Source: an uncultured Candidatus Rokubacteria bacterium
Lineage (GTDB): Bacteria; Methylomirabilota; Methylomirabilia; Rokubacteriales; DASRDR01
Direction of reading: 5' to 3'
Length of the DNA stretch: 64,000 bases
Assembly: GCA_963805625.1 (NCBI GenBank)
Contig: CAWDVE010000024.1
Coordinates: 64,001 to 128,000, forward strand
Shown: piece by piece, positions 10,680 through 21,546 of the stretch
Layout: every line of letters begins with the position of its first letter
How positions within the stretch are numbered: position 1 is the first letter of the stretch
The notes under the pieces: model-generated
The model's database searches: none
Told to the model about the DNA's origin: nothing
Seen by the model: only the letters and a program-made list of their open reading frames with translations
Made by a program: the position numbers and the translations under genes

Positions 10680-11101
10680 GATGCCCGTCCTGCTGCGCAC
10701 GTGGCCAGAGCGTGGCGCGCGGCATCGGCGACCTGGCCGGCGATGTCGGGCTGTCCGACCACGATGAGATGCCCGTCGGCGGCGGTCAACATCGTCTCCA
10801 GTGCGTCCTTGTGGGTAGTCGTCAAGATCCATCCACACCGTTGGAGCACGTCCACATGTTGCAGGAGCCGAAGGAAGTTGAGAGCCCGTCCGTCCGGTCG
10901 CGGGAGATCCACGAGGATCACGTCCGCGGCGATTTCGGACATCCAGGCGATGAGGTCCAGGGCGCCCATCTGCACGTCGGTGACGTGGGCTGCGGCGGTC
11001 CGAAACCCTCCCTCGTCGAGGGCCTGTTGTAGTCGCGCGATTACATCCTCGGACGAATTCAGGAGCGCGACCATGGCTTTGGGAGGAGGTGGAGTGGCCA
11101 C
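10676..11101 (-). CDS. Atypical receiver-domain protein
   Basis: VALLNSSED...VILVDLPRP...ILTTT pattern; stop overlaps the start of the downstream receiver gene (ATGA). Confidence 0.65.
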   Translation of the reverse strand: MATPPPPKAMVALLNSSEDVIARLQQALDEGGFRTAAAHVTDVQMGALDLIAWMSEIAADVILVDLPRPDGRALNFLRLLQHVDVLQRCGWILTTTHKDALETMLTAADGHLIVVGQPDIAGQVADAARHALATCAAGRAS

Positions 11102-11640
11102 AGGCTTACCCGTACTCTCTCTGGCGAAAACGCACCAAGATCCGTCTCGATCGCCGGTCGCCTTGGTTCTCTGCGGGCGACCAGACTATGGGGCGTTCGA
11201 CCTGTTCTATTGTGGAGGGACGGTCGCTGGGTCCACGGCCGAGGAGCCCTCTCATGGACCGTGATGCGGGGAACGGTGCGGCCTGCGGAGGGCCACCCGG
11301 CCATCGTCACGGGGTGTGCCGGCGTCTCCCTGCCCCGTGACCCCTCGTGCCTGGCGTGTCGGATTGTAGCCGCGCCGCCAGAGCAGCTCCGCCTCCGCCG
11401 GCGCGATCGTTATACTGCACTAGTACGGTGACACAGCGTCGTTGCTCTCGTCAAGTACCGAGCTCCAATCGAGCGCGGCGGGCTTCCTCGAAGCTGGACG
11501 TTGCCCACGGAACGAGGCTCCGGCCAGAAGCGCACTCGCTGTGAGGCCTGGAGGATTCGAGCGAGGACGGGCTGTCGTGCATGTGTGAAGGATGCCCTGC
11601 CGGGGTGCAGTGTTCCACCCACCCGGGCTCTCACGCGACC

Positions 11641-11672
11641 ACGGCCTCCGAAGAGAACTCCTCGGAGGCCGT
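11641..11672 (-). terminator. GC-rich hairpin downstream of groEL
   Basis: ACGGCCTCCGA...TCGGAGGCCGT, 11-bp inverted repeat about 60 bp past the groEL stop; no U-tract. Confidence 0.45.
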
Positions 11673-11730
11673 TCCATCGTGGACGACCGCGGTCAGCCGG
11701 TGTCGGCCGACCACCTCGGGTCCGGAAGAC

Positions 11731-13416
<1,686 letters not shown>

Positions 13417-13749
13417 TCACGCGCTGAGGATGCCGAGAACGTCCTCCTCCTTCATGATCAGATACTCCTTGCCGTTGAGCTTCACCTCGCTGCCGGAGTA
13501 CTTGCCGAACAGGATGCGGTCCCCCGTCTTGACGTCGAGCGGGAGCTTCTTGCCGTCGTCGGTCACCTTGCCGTTGCCGGCCGCGATGACCTTACCCTCC
13601 TGGGGCTTCTCCTTGGCGCTGTCCGGGATGATGATGCTCCCGTGCTTCTCTTCCCCCTCCTCGAGCCGCTTGACGAGCAGGCGGTCATGGAGCGGGCGCA
13701 GTGAGATCTTCGTTACCTGGGTCATTGGAGCTTTCGCTACCTGAGGCAT
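13417..13749 (-). CDS. groES: Co-chaperonin GroES
   Basis: [35 protein letters not shown]; start may be at 13725. Confidence 0.98.
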   Translation of the reverse strand: MPQVAKAPMTQVTKISLRPLHDRLLVKRLEEGEEKHGSIIIPDSAKEKPQEGKVIAAGNGKVTDDGKKLPLDVKTGDRILFGKYSGSEVKLNGKEYLIMKEEDVLGILSA

Positions 13750-13806
13750 GGTTCGGGTACCCCCCTCTTCGGGTGTGTGTGAGCGCGGCGGGTCGTACAG
13801 CGGTCT

Positions 13807-13833
13807 TAGTGTACCACTAAACTAGTACAGTAG
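13807..13833. promoter_or_regulatory. Palindromic operator, copy 1 (TGTACCA-N6-TAGTACA), upstream of groES
   Basis: AT-rich island; 23/27 identical to 14192-14218. Confidence 0.7.
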
Positions 13834-14191
13834 TACGATAGATCCCCGGAGCGGTGGGCGCACCCGCCAGCACGAGGCCGACCGGGGCGCGGGACTCCCC
13901 GCCGGAGCCTCACCTGCAAGTCGCTGCCGGAACGGGGGGATGGGGCCGATTCCTCGAGGCTCCGGGGCTCCCGCGAACGCGCTTGGCTTCAGCGACGGGG
14001 TGCGCCGGTGTCCAGGCAGGCGAGGGAGCTGAACTCGACGTGGCGCAGGCCAAGGCGATGCCTTCCAGGCCCACGGACTGCCGGCTAGGGGTAGGCCCTG
14101 ACGGGGCCGGAGCCTATCAGGCCGGCTGGGCAGGTATCGGGGGTCAGCCGGACAGGAGAGGGGCGGCGGGGCTAGATGGCTACTATTGCTC

Positions 14192-14218
14192 TAGTGTACT
14201 ATTATAGTAGTACAGTAG
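14192..14218. promoter_or_regulatory. Palindromic operator, copy 2 (TGTACTA-N6-TAGTACA), overlapping the RBS of the GntR-like ORF
   Basis: Perfect 7-bp inverted repeat followed by AGGAGA and the ATG at 14228. Confidence 0.7.
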
Positions 14219-14227
14219 GAGAACCCA

Positions 14228-14590
14228 ATGGACCCGACCCGCCCTGGATGCGCATATTCCCGATCCCGTGTGGCCGAGTCGCGTATGAGTGTCATCGCAG
14301 GTGAGAGCCTCCGACGGGGTCCATCGTTGGCGAGTACCCGGGAGCGTTCCGACTCTTCGGGGGTGACTTCAAGTGCGGTGACGCGCGCCATCGAGGATCT
14401 CAAGGGAAGCGGATATCGGCCGCTCCACCGCGATCCGACGGGACCACAGCGCGCGTCCATTTCCGGGTACGTCGCGAGGCCCGCGTCAGGGGACGGATGC
14501 CGATCCGGTGGGAGGGCGCTCGGACTGATCGCGGCGAGTCATGTCATACCGGCGGATGCGGGCCGGATCGAAGCGGGAGTGAGGTCATGA
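14228..14590 (+). pseudogene. Degenerate GntR-family (YtrA-like) winged-HTH regulator
   Basis: IAGESLRRGPSLASTRERSDSSGVTSSAVTRAIEDLKGSGY fits the GntR pattern I..G.L..G..L.S.RE....GV....V.RA...L...GY; wing and effector domain not recognisable. Confidence 0.55.
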
Positions 14591-14937
14591 CGTTGAAGAT
14601 GAGATGGGAGACCAGAATGAGTGACGAATTCGGTGCGACGAGCACGGCCACGCGGCTGCCCCACGCCGAGCGGGTGCGGGAGAGCGTCCCTGACGTGTGC
14701 CGTTGGCCCACGATGGCGATCCGGGACATGACGATGGTTGACGCCGACGCCGCCCTAGGCGCGGATCCTCTGTTCCACGTTGGCTCCGACCGCCACCTCG
14801 GCCGGGTCGACGTGCGCTATTGGTACTTTCGCCCGGAGCTCAAGTACTTGACGTGCCGCGCGTGCTCCGACGGCGGCGATCCGTCGCCCATCCTGCCCGC
14901 GGCAGTTGGCTGCCGGCATCGGATCCCCACGAACTGA
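14588..14937 (+). CDS. Possible small hypothetical protein with CxxC
   Basis: GAGG RBS; segment LGRVDVRYWYFRPELKYLTCRAC looks protein-like. Confidence 0.3.
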
Positions 14938-15148
14938 ATGCTCGTGCCTATCCACCTCTTCGATCGTGGGGTCCCGAACGCAGGCGAGGGCGGCGCCAAC
15001 CTGGACAGATCTGTCTGAGCTGACCTCATACGTGAGGGCGACCCTGGCAACACACCGCGGGTTTCCCTGCTCGGCCGGGGCATGGCGGTGGCATGGCCGA
15101 TACACTGCGCCGTCGGGCGACGAGAATCAGTGTCGTGCCTGTCCGCCG

Positions 15149-15166
15149 GAGAGAGAGAGAGAGAGA
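15149..15166. repeat. (GA)9 dinucleotide microsatellite
   Basis: GAGAGAGAGAGAGAGAGA, seen directly. Confidence 0.9.
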
Positions 15167-15217
15167 AAGAAAGCTGGAGATGCGCTTCCCGCGAGCGCGT
15201 GATTTTAGTGCCCCACC

Positions 15218-15451
15218 ATGTCCGAGCCGGTTCTCATTCGGCTGGCTCGCCCCCGCGGGTTGACCCGAGTGACGCCGGACTACTTCGTGCAGTGCGACCA
15301 GACTGACTGCCAGTACGTCGAGACGAATGCTCTCCCGTGCCCCCTACGCGCTGACATGTTTCGTGACGACATCACCCGGATGAGATGGCGCGAGCGGCCT
15401 TGCGCGAGAGCTGGTCGGAGGATGCGCGGTAGCCGACGGGCGCGCGGATAG
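15218..15451 (+). CDS. Small Cys-rich hypothetical protein
   Basis: [22 protein letters not shown] motif. Confidence 0.45.
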   Translation: MSEPVLIRLARPRGLTRVTPDYFVQCDQTDCQYVETNALPCPLRADMFRDDITRMRWRERPCARAGRRMRGSRRARG

Positions 15452-15722
15452 CGTGACACCAGCGCTGGGGCGCGGCCGCAATCGGGGCGGGTGGGCAAGA
15501 CGTCAGGCCCGCCAGTCGTCGAACTCCTCCGTGGCGAGAGTGGCAGGAACGCCTGCCACGGCGCGCAGTTCCTGGGTGTCGGACGCCACGAGGTCGCGAC
15601 GGAGCGTCCTGATCGGTAGTATGGAAACGGCGGCCGCGGTCGGCTCGCCACGATCGGCGGGGGCCGCCGACACGTGCTTGCGAGCGTTTTGGCCGTCCGG
15701 CGACCGCCAAGGAGGGTACTCC

Positions 15723-16565
15723 ATGAGCACGATCACGACGAAGGACGGCGCGCAGATCTACTACAAGGACTGGGGTAGCGGGCAGCCAATCGTGTTCAGT
15801 CACGGCTGGCCGCTCAGCGCTGAGGACTGGGACGCCCAGATGATCTTCTTCGCGTCGCGCGGTTTTCGATGCATTGCGCACGACCGCCGGGGTCACGGGC
15901 GATCGACCCAGACGTGGGACGGCAACGAGATGGACACGTATGCCGACGATCTCGTCACCCTCGCCGAGAAGCTCGACCTGAAGAATGCGATTCACGTCGG
16001 TCACTCGACGGGCGGCGGCGAGGTCGCACGGTACATCGGCCGTCACGGCGCCGGCCGCGCGAAGGGCCGCGTCGCCAAGGCCGTCCTGGTGGGCGCCGTG
16101 CCCCCGCTCATGGTCAAGACGGCCGCCAATCCCGGCGGGCTGCCCCTCGCCGTCTTCGACGGGTTTCGCGCGACGCTGCTGGCCGATCGGGCGCAATTCT
16201 TCAGGGACATCCCCGCGGGTCCGTTCTACGGCTTCAGTCGTCCCGGCGCGAAGGTGTCGCAAGGCATCATCGACAACTGGTGGCGCCAGGGCATGATGTC
16301 GGGCGTCAAAGCCGCCTACGACTGCATCAAGGCCTTCAGCGAGACCGATTTCACCGAGGACCTCAGGAAGATCGACGTCCCCACGCTGATCATGCACGGC
16401 GACGACGACCAGATCGTTCCCATCGGCGCCAGCGCGATGCTCTCGAGCAAGCTGGTACGGAACGCGCAGCTCAAGGTCTACAAGGGCTTGCCTCACGGCA
16501 TGTGCACGACTCACCATGACGTGATCAACGCGGACCTGCTGTCGTTCCTCAAGGCCCAGTTGTAG
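15723..16565 (+). CDS. cpo: Non-heme chloroperoxidase/perhydrolase-type alpha/beta hydrolase
   Basis: [35 protein letters not shown] nucleophile, [12 protein letters not shown]; AAGGAGG RBS. Confidence 0.93.
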   Translation: MSTITTKDGAQIYYKDWGSGQPIVFSHGWPLSAEDWDAQMIFFASRGFRCIAHDRRGHGRSTQTWDGNEMDTYADDLVTLAEKLDLKNAIHVGHSTGGGEVARYIGRHGAGRAKGRVAKAVLVGAVPPLMVKTAANPGGLPLAVFDGFRATLLADRAQFFRDIPAGPFYGFSRPGAKVSQGIIDNWWRQGMMSGVKAAYDCIKAFSETDFTEDLRKIDVPTLIMHGDDDQIVPIGASAMLSSKLVRNAQLKVYKGLPHGMCTTHHDVINADLLSFLKAQL

Positions 16566-16591
16566 TAGGAAGGGGACACAGACCGCTCGGC

Positions 16592-17569
16592 ATGAACCTG
16601 ACCGACAGCGTGGAGCTGCTCGAACGATACAGCGCGATCATCCTGCCGATCCTGGTCGTCGCCGAGCAGGTCGGGATTCCGCTGCCGGCGGTCCCGGCCC
16701 TCCTTGCGGTCGGAGCCCTCGCGGCACAGGGGCGCGTGAGTCTCCTGCTGGTGATTGGCGCGATCGCGCTGGTCGCACTGCCCGTCGATCTCGTCTGGCA
16801 CGAGCTGGGGCGCCGGCGGGGGGCGCGCGTGCTCTCGGGGCTGTGCCGGCTGTCGCTCGAGCCCGATGTGTGCGTGCGGCGGACCGAGAACCTCTTCCTG
16901 CGCCACGGCGTCCGGGCGCTGCTCGTGGCGAAGTTCCTGCCGGGGCTGACGACCGTCATGCCGCCCCTGGCAGGAATCTTCGGCGTCCCGCGCCTCCGGT
17001 TCGCTCTCTACGACCTGGCCGGGGTCGTGCTGTGGGCGGGCCTCTGGGCGGCGATCGGTTACGCCTTCAGCGAGACCATCGAGGTGGTGGCGCTGCGCGT
17101 GAGCGCCCTGGGCCGCACGGCCGGCCTGATGGTGGTCGGCGCCCTCGTCGGCTATGTCCTGCTGAAATACCTGCGCCGCTGGCTCTTTATCCGGCAGCTC
17201 CGGATTGCCCGCATCTCTCCGGAGGAGCTTAAGCGACAGCTCGAGGCCGGGGAGGACGTCGCGATTCTCGACCTCCGCACCGCGCTGGACGTGGCCGCCA
17301 CCCCGTATGCGATTCCGGGCAGCCGCTGGGTCACGGCCGAGGCGCTCGACGAGCACCTGTCGGACATCCCGCGCGATCGCGAGCTTGTCCTCTATTGCTC
17401 CTGACCCAACGAAGCGACGAGCGCCCGGGTGGCGCTTCGGCTCAAGCGGCGCGGGATCACCCGCGTCCGTCCCCTCGCCGGCGGGATGGCGGGGTGGATG
17501 GCCCTGAACTTCCCGGTCCGCGAGCTGGCCGCGCCAGCGATCCCCGCGCTCGATCGGTCGCAGCAGTGA
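16592..17569 (+). CDS. DedA-rhodanese fusion protein, probable selenoprotein (in-frame TGA at 17402-17404, C-S-U-P-N-E)
   Basis: DedA domain (EQVGIPLPAVP, AKFLPG). The rhodanese domain continues in frame past the TGA: LYCS*PNEATSARVALRLKRRGITRVRPLAGGMAGW, up to TGA 17567-17569. Confidence 0.85.
17405..17440 (+). promoter_or_regulatory. Candidate bacterial SECIS hairpin
   Basis: AGCGCC-CGGGT-GGCGCT stem-loop at 17420-17436 with a G-rich loop about 21 nt after the TGA. Confidence 0.55.
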
Positions 17570-17634
17570 GGCGTGCGATGATCGCAGCCGATCGCGCTCC
17601 ACGCCTGCGGCACTGGCGCAGGCCAGCAGGCGCC

Positions 17635-17790
17635 TGCAGTGACACGACCGGCCGATTTGCCTCGGAGGTTGGCTACCACGTGACCCTGGTGAAGGATGTG
17701 ACCGCGGCCTTCACTCGGGAGATGATGAGCGCCGCACACGAGCTGAACGATCCGATGTTTCGCGAACAGGATTGTGACGACGGTCGAGCT
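17635..17790 (+). pseudogene. Isochorismatase/cysteine-hydrolase C-terminal remnant
   Basis: CSDTTGRFASEVGYHVTLVKDVTAAF...AAHELN; no N-terminus; frameshift near 17760. Confidence 0.7.
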
Positions 17791-17836
17791 GGGCGTCGCG
17801 CTGTCATGCGCGCGAGGCGGGAAGGAGGGTGACGCG

Positions 17837-18535
17837 ATGATCCAGGTTCGATCCGCCGGGGACCGCGGCCGCACTGACTGGGGCTGGCTCGACAGCCGGC
17901 ACACGTTCTCGTTCGGGGAGTATCACGACCCCGCGCACATGGGATTCAGCACGTTGCGGGTGATCAACGATGATCGGGTGAAGGCCGGCGCCGGGTTCGG
18001 CGCCCACGGGCACCGCGACATGGAGATCATGTCCTATGTGCTCGAGGGCGCGCTCGAGCACAAGGACAGCTCGGGCGGCGGCGGCGTGATCCGGCCGGGG
18101 GAGATCCAGCTGATGCGGGCCGGCACGGGCGTCACCCACAGCGAACAGAACCATTCGAAGGTCGCCCCGGTGCACTTCCTGCAGATCTGGATCGTGCCGG
18201 ATGCGCTCGGCCTGAAGCCGGGCTACGGACAGCAGGTCTTCGATCGGGAGATGGCCAGCCGGGCGTTCGTGCTCCTCGCTTCGAAGGGAGGCAGGGACAA
18301 CAGCCTCGACGTCCATCAGGACGTGGACCTCTGGGTCGCCTTCATCGGCGCGGGTGAGCGTCGAGACCTCCGGCTGCGCACCTCCCGTCATGCGTGGATC
18401 CACGTCGCCCGCGGATCGGTCTCGGTGAACGGGATCGTGCTGAAGGTGGGTGACGGCGGGGCGGTCAGCGGCGAGGACGGCCTGACCTTCCTCGGGCAAG
18501 AGCCGGCCGAGGTGCTCGTGTTCGACCTGGCGTGA
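17837..18535 (+). CDS. Pirin family protein (YhhW-like)
   Basis: WLDSRHTFSF, LRVINDD, HGHRDMEI, GVTHSE, FLQIWI. Confidence 0.95.
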   Translation: MIQVRSAGDRGRTDWGWLDSRHTFSFGEYHDPAHMGFSTLRVINDDRVKAGAGFGAHGHRDMEIMSYVLEGALEHKDSSGGGGVIRPGEIQLMRAGTGVTHSEQNHSKVAPVHFLQIWIVPDALGLKPGYGQQVFDREMASRAFVLLASKGGRDNSLDVHQDVDLWVAFIGAGERRDLRLRTSRHAWIHVARGSVSVNGIVLKVGDGGAVSGEDGLTFLGQEPAEVLVFDLA

Positions 18536-18613
18536 CACAATTCAAGGATACGGGATGGACCGGACCGAGACGTAGGCCGCCGGTGCAACCATTTCTCACA
18601 CAAGGAGCCCGAC

Positions 18614-19093
18614 ATGTTCAACACTCGAAACGATCTGCCCAAGACGACCCGGGCGAAGGTCATCGACCTCCTCGACGCCCGGCTCGCCGATGCGACGGAC
18701 CTGCAAACCCAGCTCAAGCAGGCCCACTGGAACGTGAAGGGCCCGACCTTTATCGCGCTCCACGAGCTCTTCGACAAGATCAACGAGGCGGTGGAGGACT
18801 ACGTGGACGATCTGGCCGAGCGCGTGGTGCAGCTCGGCGGGACTGCCCACGGAACGGCGCGGCAGGCCGCCAAGCGCTCGAGCTTGCCGGAGTTCCCGGC
18901 AGTGATCGACGGGCGCGCCCACGCCGAGGCGGTGGCGACGGTGCTGGCCGCATTCGGCAAGCTGGCGCGCGCGGGCATCGATCAGGCTGACAAGCTGGGC
19001 GACAAGGACACCGCCGATCTGTTCACGGAGATCTCGCGCGGCACCGACAAGTGGCTGTGGTTCGTCGAGGCGCACCTGCAGGCGAACCGGTAG
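18614..19093 (+). CDS. dps: DNA starvation/stationary-phase protection protein Dps
   Basis: KQAHWNVKGPTFIALHELFD, DDLAER, DKWLWFVEAH. Confidence 0.97.
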   Translation: MFNTRNDLPKTTRAKVIDLLDARLADATDLQTQLKQAHWNVKGPTFIALHELFDKINEAVEDYVDDLAERVVQLGGTAHGTARQAAKRSSLPEFPAVIDGRAHAEAVATVLAAFGKLARAGIDQADKLGDKDTADLFTEISRGTDKWLWFVEAHLQANR

Positions 19094-19289
19094 CGCGCTG
19101 GTGCGCTTTGGAGCGTCGTGAGGCGTTGCCCGGGACAGGCGCCACGCCGCTGGATGGCTCGATGCGGTGCCGATCCTGGATCGACGTCGCGCTCGACGCA
19201 GGCGACCTGAAGAGCGGGCACGTGCGGCCATCGAAGGAACGTCCGCGCGAACGTCACGTCGTCCGTGAGTCCTCGAAAGGAGGCGGGTC

Positions 19290-19790
19290 ATGATCCTGGG
19301 CATGTCGCTCACGACGTTCACAGCGGTGCACGTGGTGATCAGTCTGATCGGAATTGCCTCGGGGCTGATCGTCGTCGTGGGCATGCTGAGTGCGAGCCGA
19401 GTCGAGGGCTGGACGGCGCTCTTTCTCACCACCACGGTGTTGACGAGCGTCACCGGGTTCTTCCTTCCGGCCGCTCAGGTGCTGCCGTCCCATGTCGTGG
19501 GCGTCATCTCGCTGGTGGTGCTGGCGGCCACGCTCGGGGCGCTCTACGTCAAGCGACTTGCGGGATCCTGGCGCTGGATCTACGTGGCCGGCGCCGTCCT
19601 CGCGCTCTACCTAAACTGCTTCGTCGGGGTCGTCCAGGCGTTCCTGAAGGTGCCGGCCCTGAACCGACTGGCACCGACCCAGTCCGAGCCGCCGTTCCTC
19701 GTCGCGCAACTGACGGTCGTGACGCTCTTCGTCGTGCTCGGCGTTCGCGCTGTCATGAAGTTCCGCCCGGCGGTGCCACGGACGGGCTAG
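19290..19790 (+). CDS. Integral membrane protein (about 5 TM)
   Basis: Hydrophobic helices; HVVISLIGI, LYLNCFVGVVQAFLKVP, APTQSEPPF; GGAGG RBS. Confidence 0.85.
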   Translation: MILGMSLTTFTAVHVVISLIGIASGLIVVVGMLSASRVEGWTALFLTTTVLTSVTGFFLPAAQVLPSHVVGVISLVVLAATLGALYVKRLAGSWRWIYVAGAVLALYLNCFVGVVQAFLKVPALNRLAPTQSEPPFLVAQLTVVTLFVVLGVRAVMKFRPAVPRTG

Positions 19791-19818
19791 GGAAGAGTCG
19801 CCGGGGCGGCCGCTACGC

Positions 19819-20640
19819 TCACGTGGGCGGATAGAAGGCCGGGTTGTACCGCCGCGCGCAGAAGCCGGTGGCCCGAGACAGGTCGATGTCGTGCACCAAC
19901 AACCACTCCTTGCCATAGGGCACGTAGGCCACGCACTCCCCATCTGGACCGATGAGGCTGGTCGCGGAATCCTGGTACCGCATCGCGCAGTTGACGCTGG
20001 CGAAATAGATCGTGTTCTCGACGCTGCGCGCCACCATCGCCTTCTCATAGTAGGGCGAGCTCGGGTCACCCCAGCGATCGATGGTCACACCGGCGTGATC
20101 GCTGCCTGTGAGCTGCGGATGAAAGACCAGCCGGGCGCCGCGGGCGGCCGACCAGCGGACGGCCTCCGGATAGCGCCATCCCTCGTGGCAAATGGTGATC
20201 CCGAATGGGATGCCGTCGATCTCGAACAGCCGCCGCCGTCCGTCGGGCACGTAGAACGGCTCTTCTTCGAGCGGGATCTGGTTCTTCGCCTGATAGCCCA
20301 CGATCGTGCCGTCACGCGAGATCACGAACGCCACGTTGTGCAGGCCGGCGGGGGATTCCCACTCCATCCCGATGACGACTGTCATGCGGCTCCGCTGGGC
20401 CGCGGCGCGAATCTCCTCGAGCGCCGCTTGCTGGCGGCGTTGATCAGGGGATGGGACGGGAAAGTCCTGGCCTCGCAATCCCGGGATGTAGGTTTCGGGG
20501 AAGCAGACGATGGCCACCCCCTGCGTGGCAGCATCGTCCAGAAAGCGGCTGACCGTCTGGAGGCGCTCCTCGACGGACGGCGCATTCCGCGCGGCCGCCA
20601 AGCCGATGCGCAAGCTCGTGATCGCCGTCATCTGTCCCAT
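19819..20640 (-). CDS. Carbon-nitrogen hydrolase (nitrilase superfamily)
   Basis: E-K-C triad in CFPETY, YQAKNQI, ITICHEGW. Confidence 0.9.
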   Translation of the reverse strand: MGQMTAITSLRIGLAAARNAPSVEERLQTVSRFLDDAATQGVAIVCFPETYIPGLRGQDFPVPSPDQRRQQAALEEIRAAAQRSRMTVVIGMEWESPAGLHNVAFVISRDGTIVGYQAKNQIPLEEEPFYVPDGRRRLFEIDGIPFGITICHEGWRYPEAVRWSAARGARLVFHPQLTGSDHAGVTIDRWGDPSSPYYEKAMVARSVENTIYFASVNCAMRYQDSATSLIGPDGECVAYVPYGKEWLLVHDIDLSRATGFCARRYNPAFYPPT

Positions 20641-20799
20641 CCGCCCTCCTCGAACGCTTGCAGCGCCGATCCCACTCGGGATCCCTCATTGGCATTCTCG
20701 CATGATGTATCTCACCAACCGCCACCGCCAGCACCGGTTGCCTGCGAGGGGAGCCCAGTCACGCGAATGTGTGTCACTGCGACGCGAGCGCGGAGCCCA

Positions 20800-21091
20800 T
20801 CAACCGCTCGTCGCCGCACTGCTTGGCGGCCGTTTCGGTCGAGATCGCCTTCGTCTTCGACACCCTCGACAAGGGCATCGACCAGACGCTGGGGCCGCTG
20901 CAGGGACCGGCGCCTCCGCAACAGCTCGCCGACAAGATGCACGCCGCCCGGGTTGCGTTTGCCACCGACGGAGACGCCGTTGGCCGAAGTACGACCTCAG
21001 CCGCAGGGCGACCATGCACTTCGATACGACCTCGGAGGTCGTGGACGATCCTCGATTCGTGGAGCGGGAGCTATGAGCGGGAGTGCGTTAG
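20800..21091 (+). pseudogene. Type-B carboxylesterase C-terminal remnant
   Basis: EIAFVFDTLD...LADKMHAARVAFATDGD, then after a frameshift WPKYDLSRRATMHFD...VVDDP...EREL*; premature TGA. Confidence 0.75.
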
Positions 21092-21546
21092 GGCATTCAA
21101 TGTCGACTGGCGAGGCCAGGACGTTCGCCCGCATGGCTGCCGGGAGCGACGAGTCCGGGAGCGGCCGGTCGATCGCGCATCTTTGCGACGCACTCCCGCG
21201 GCATTCAATGGAGGCGGCGTTGATTTCCTATCTGGCCTGGTCCTCTTGGTCTCGACTCGATCGTAGGTGCGCAGTGCGATGCGTCCATCCGCCGGATCGA
21301 GGTGCGGCTCGCCCGCCTCGGCCGTAGGATGCAGCAGGGCGTCGACCGCCGCACGTGCGGCTGGACCGCCGAGTCGGCCGCCTGGTCGAGGAGTATCCTG
21401 GAAGGTAGGGTTCCTGGGCCGCGCGTCCTGGTACGATGTAGGGGAATGGTATGACCTCGGGCAGCGGGCTCGAGGCCGCGACATGCCGCCGGCCGGCCGT
21501 GAATGAGCGATCCGGCGTATCCTCGCCGGAGTGATGAGGAGGTTCG

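Noticed and set aside
11411-11430. Third copy of the TAGTAC operator
   Set aside because: Only a half-site (CTAGTACG); palindrome spacing is not preserved
13750-14227. CIRCE element upstream of groES
   Set aside because: No TTAGCACTC-N9-GAGTGCTAA; the short TTAGTG-TAC-CACTAA palindrome has the wrong sequence and spacing
21070-21091. Second TGA read-through candidate (EREL*AGVR)
   Set aside because: The position corresponds to Trp in carboxylesterases and lies in a frameshifted fragment, so it is an ordinary nonsense mutation
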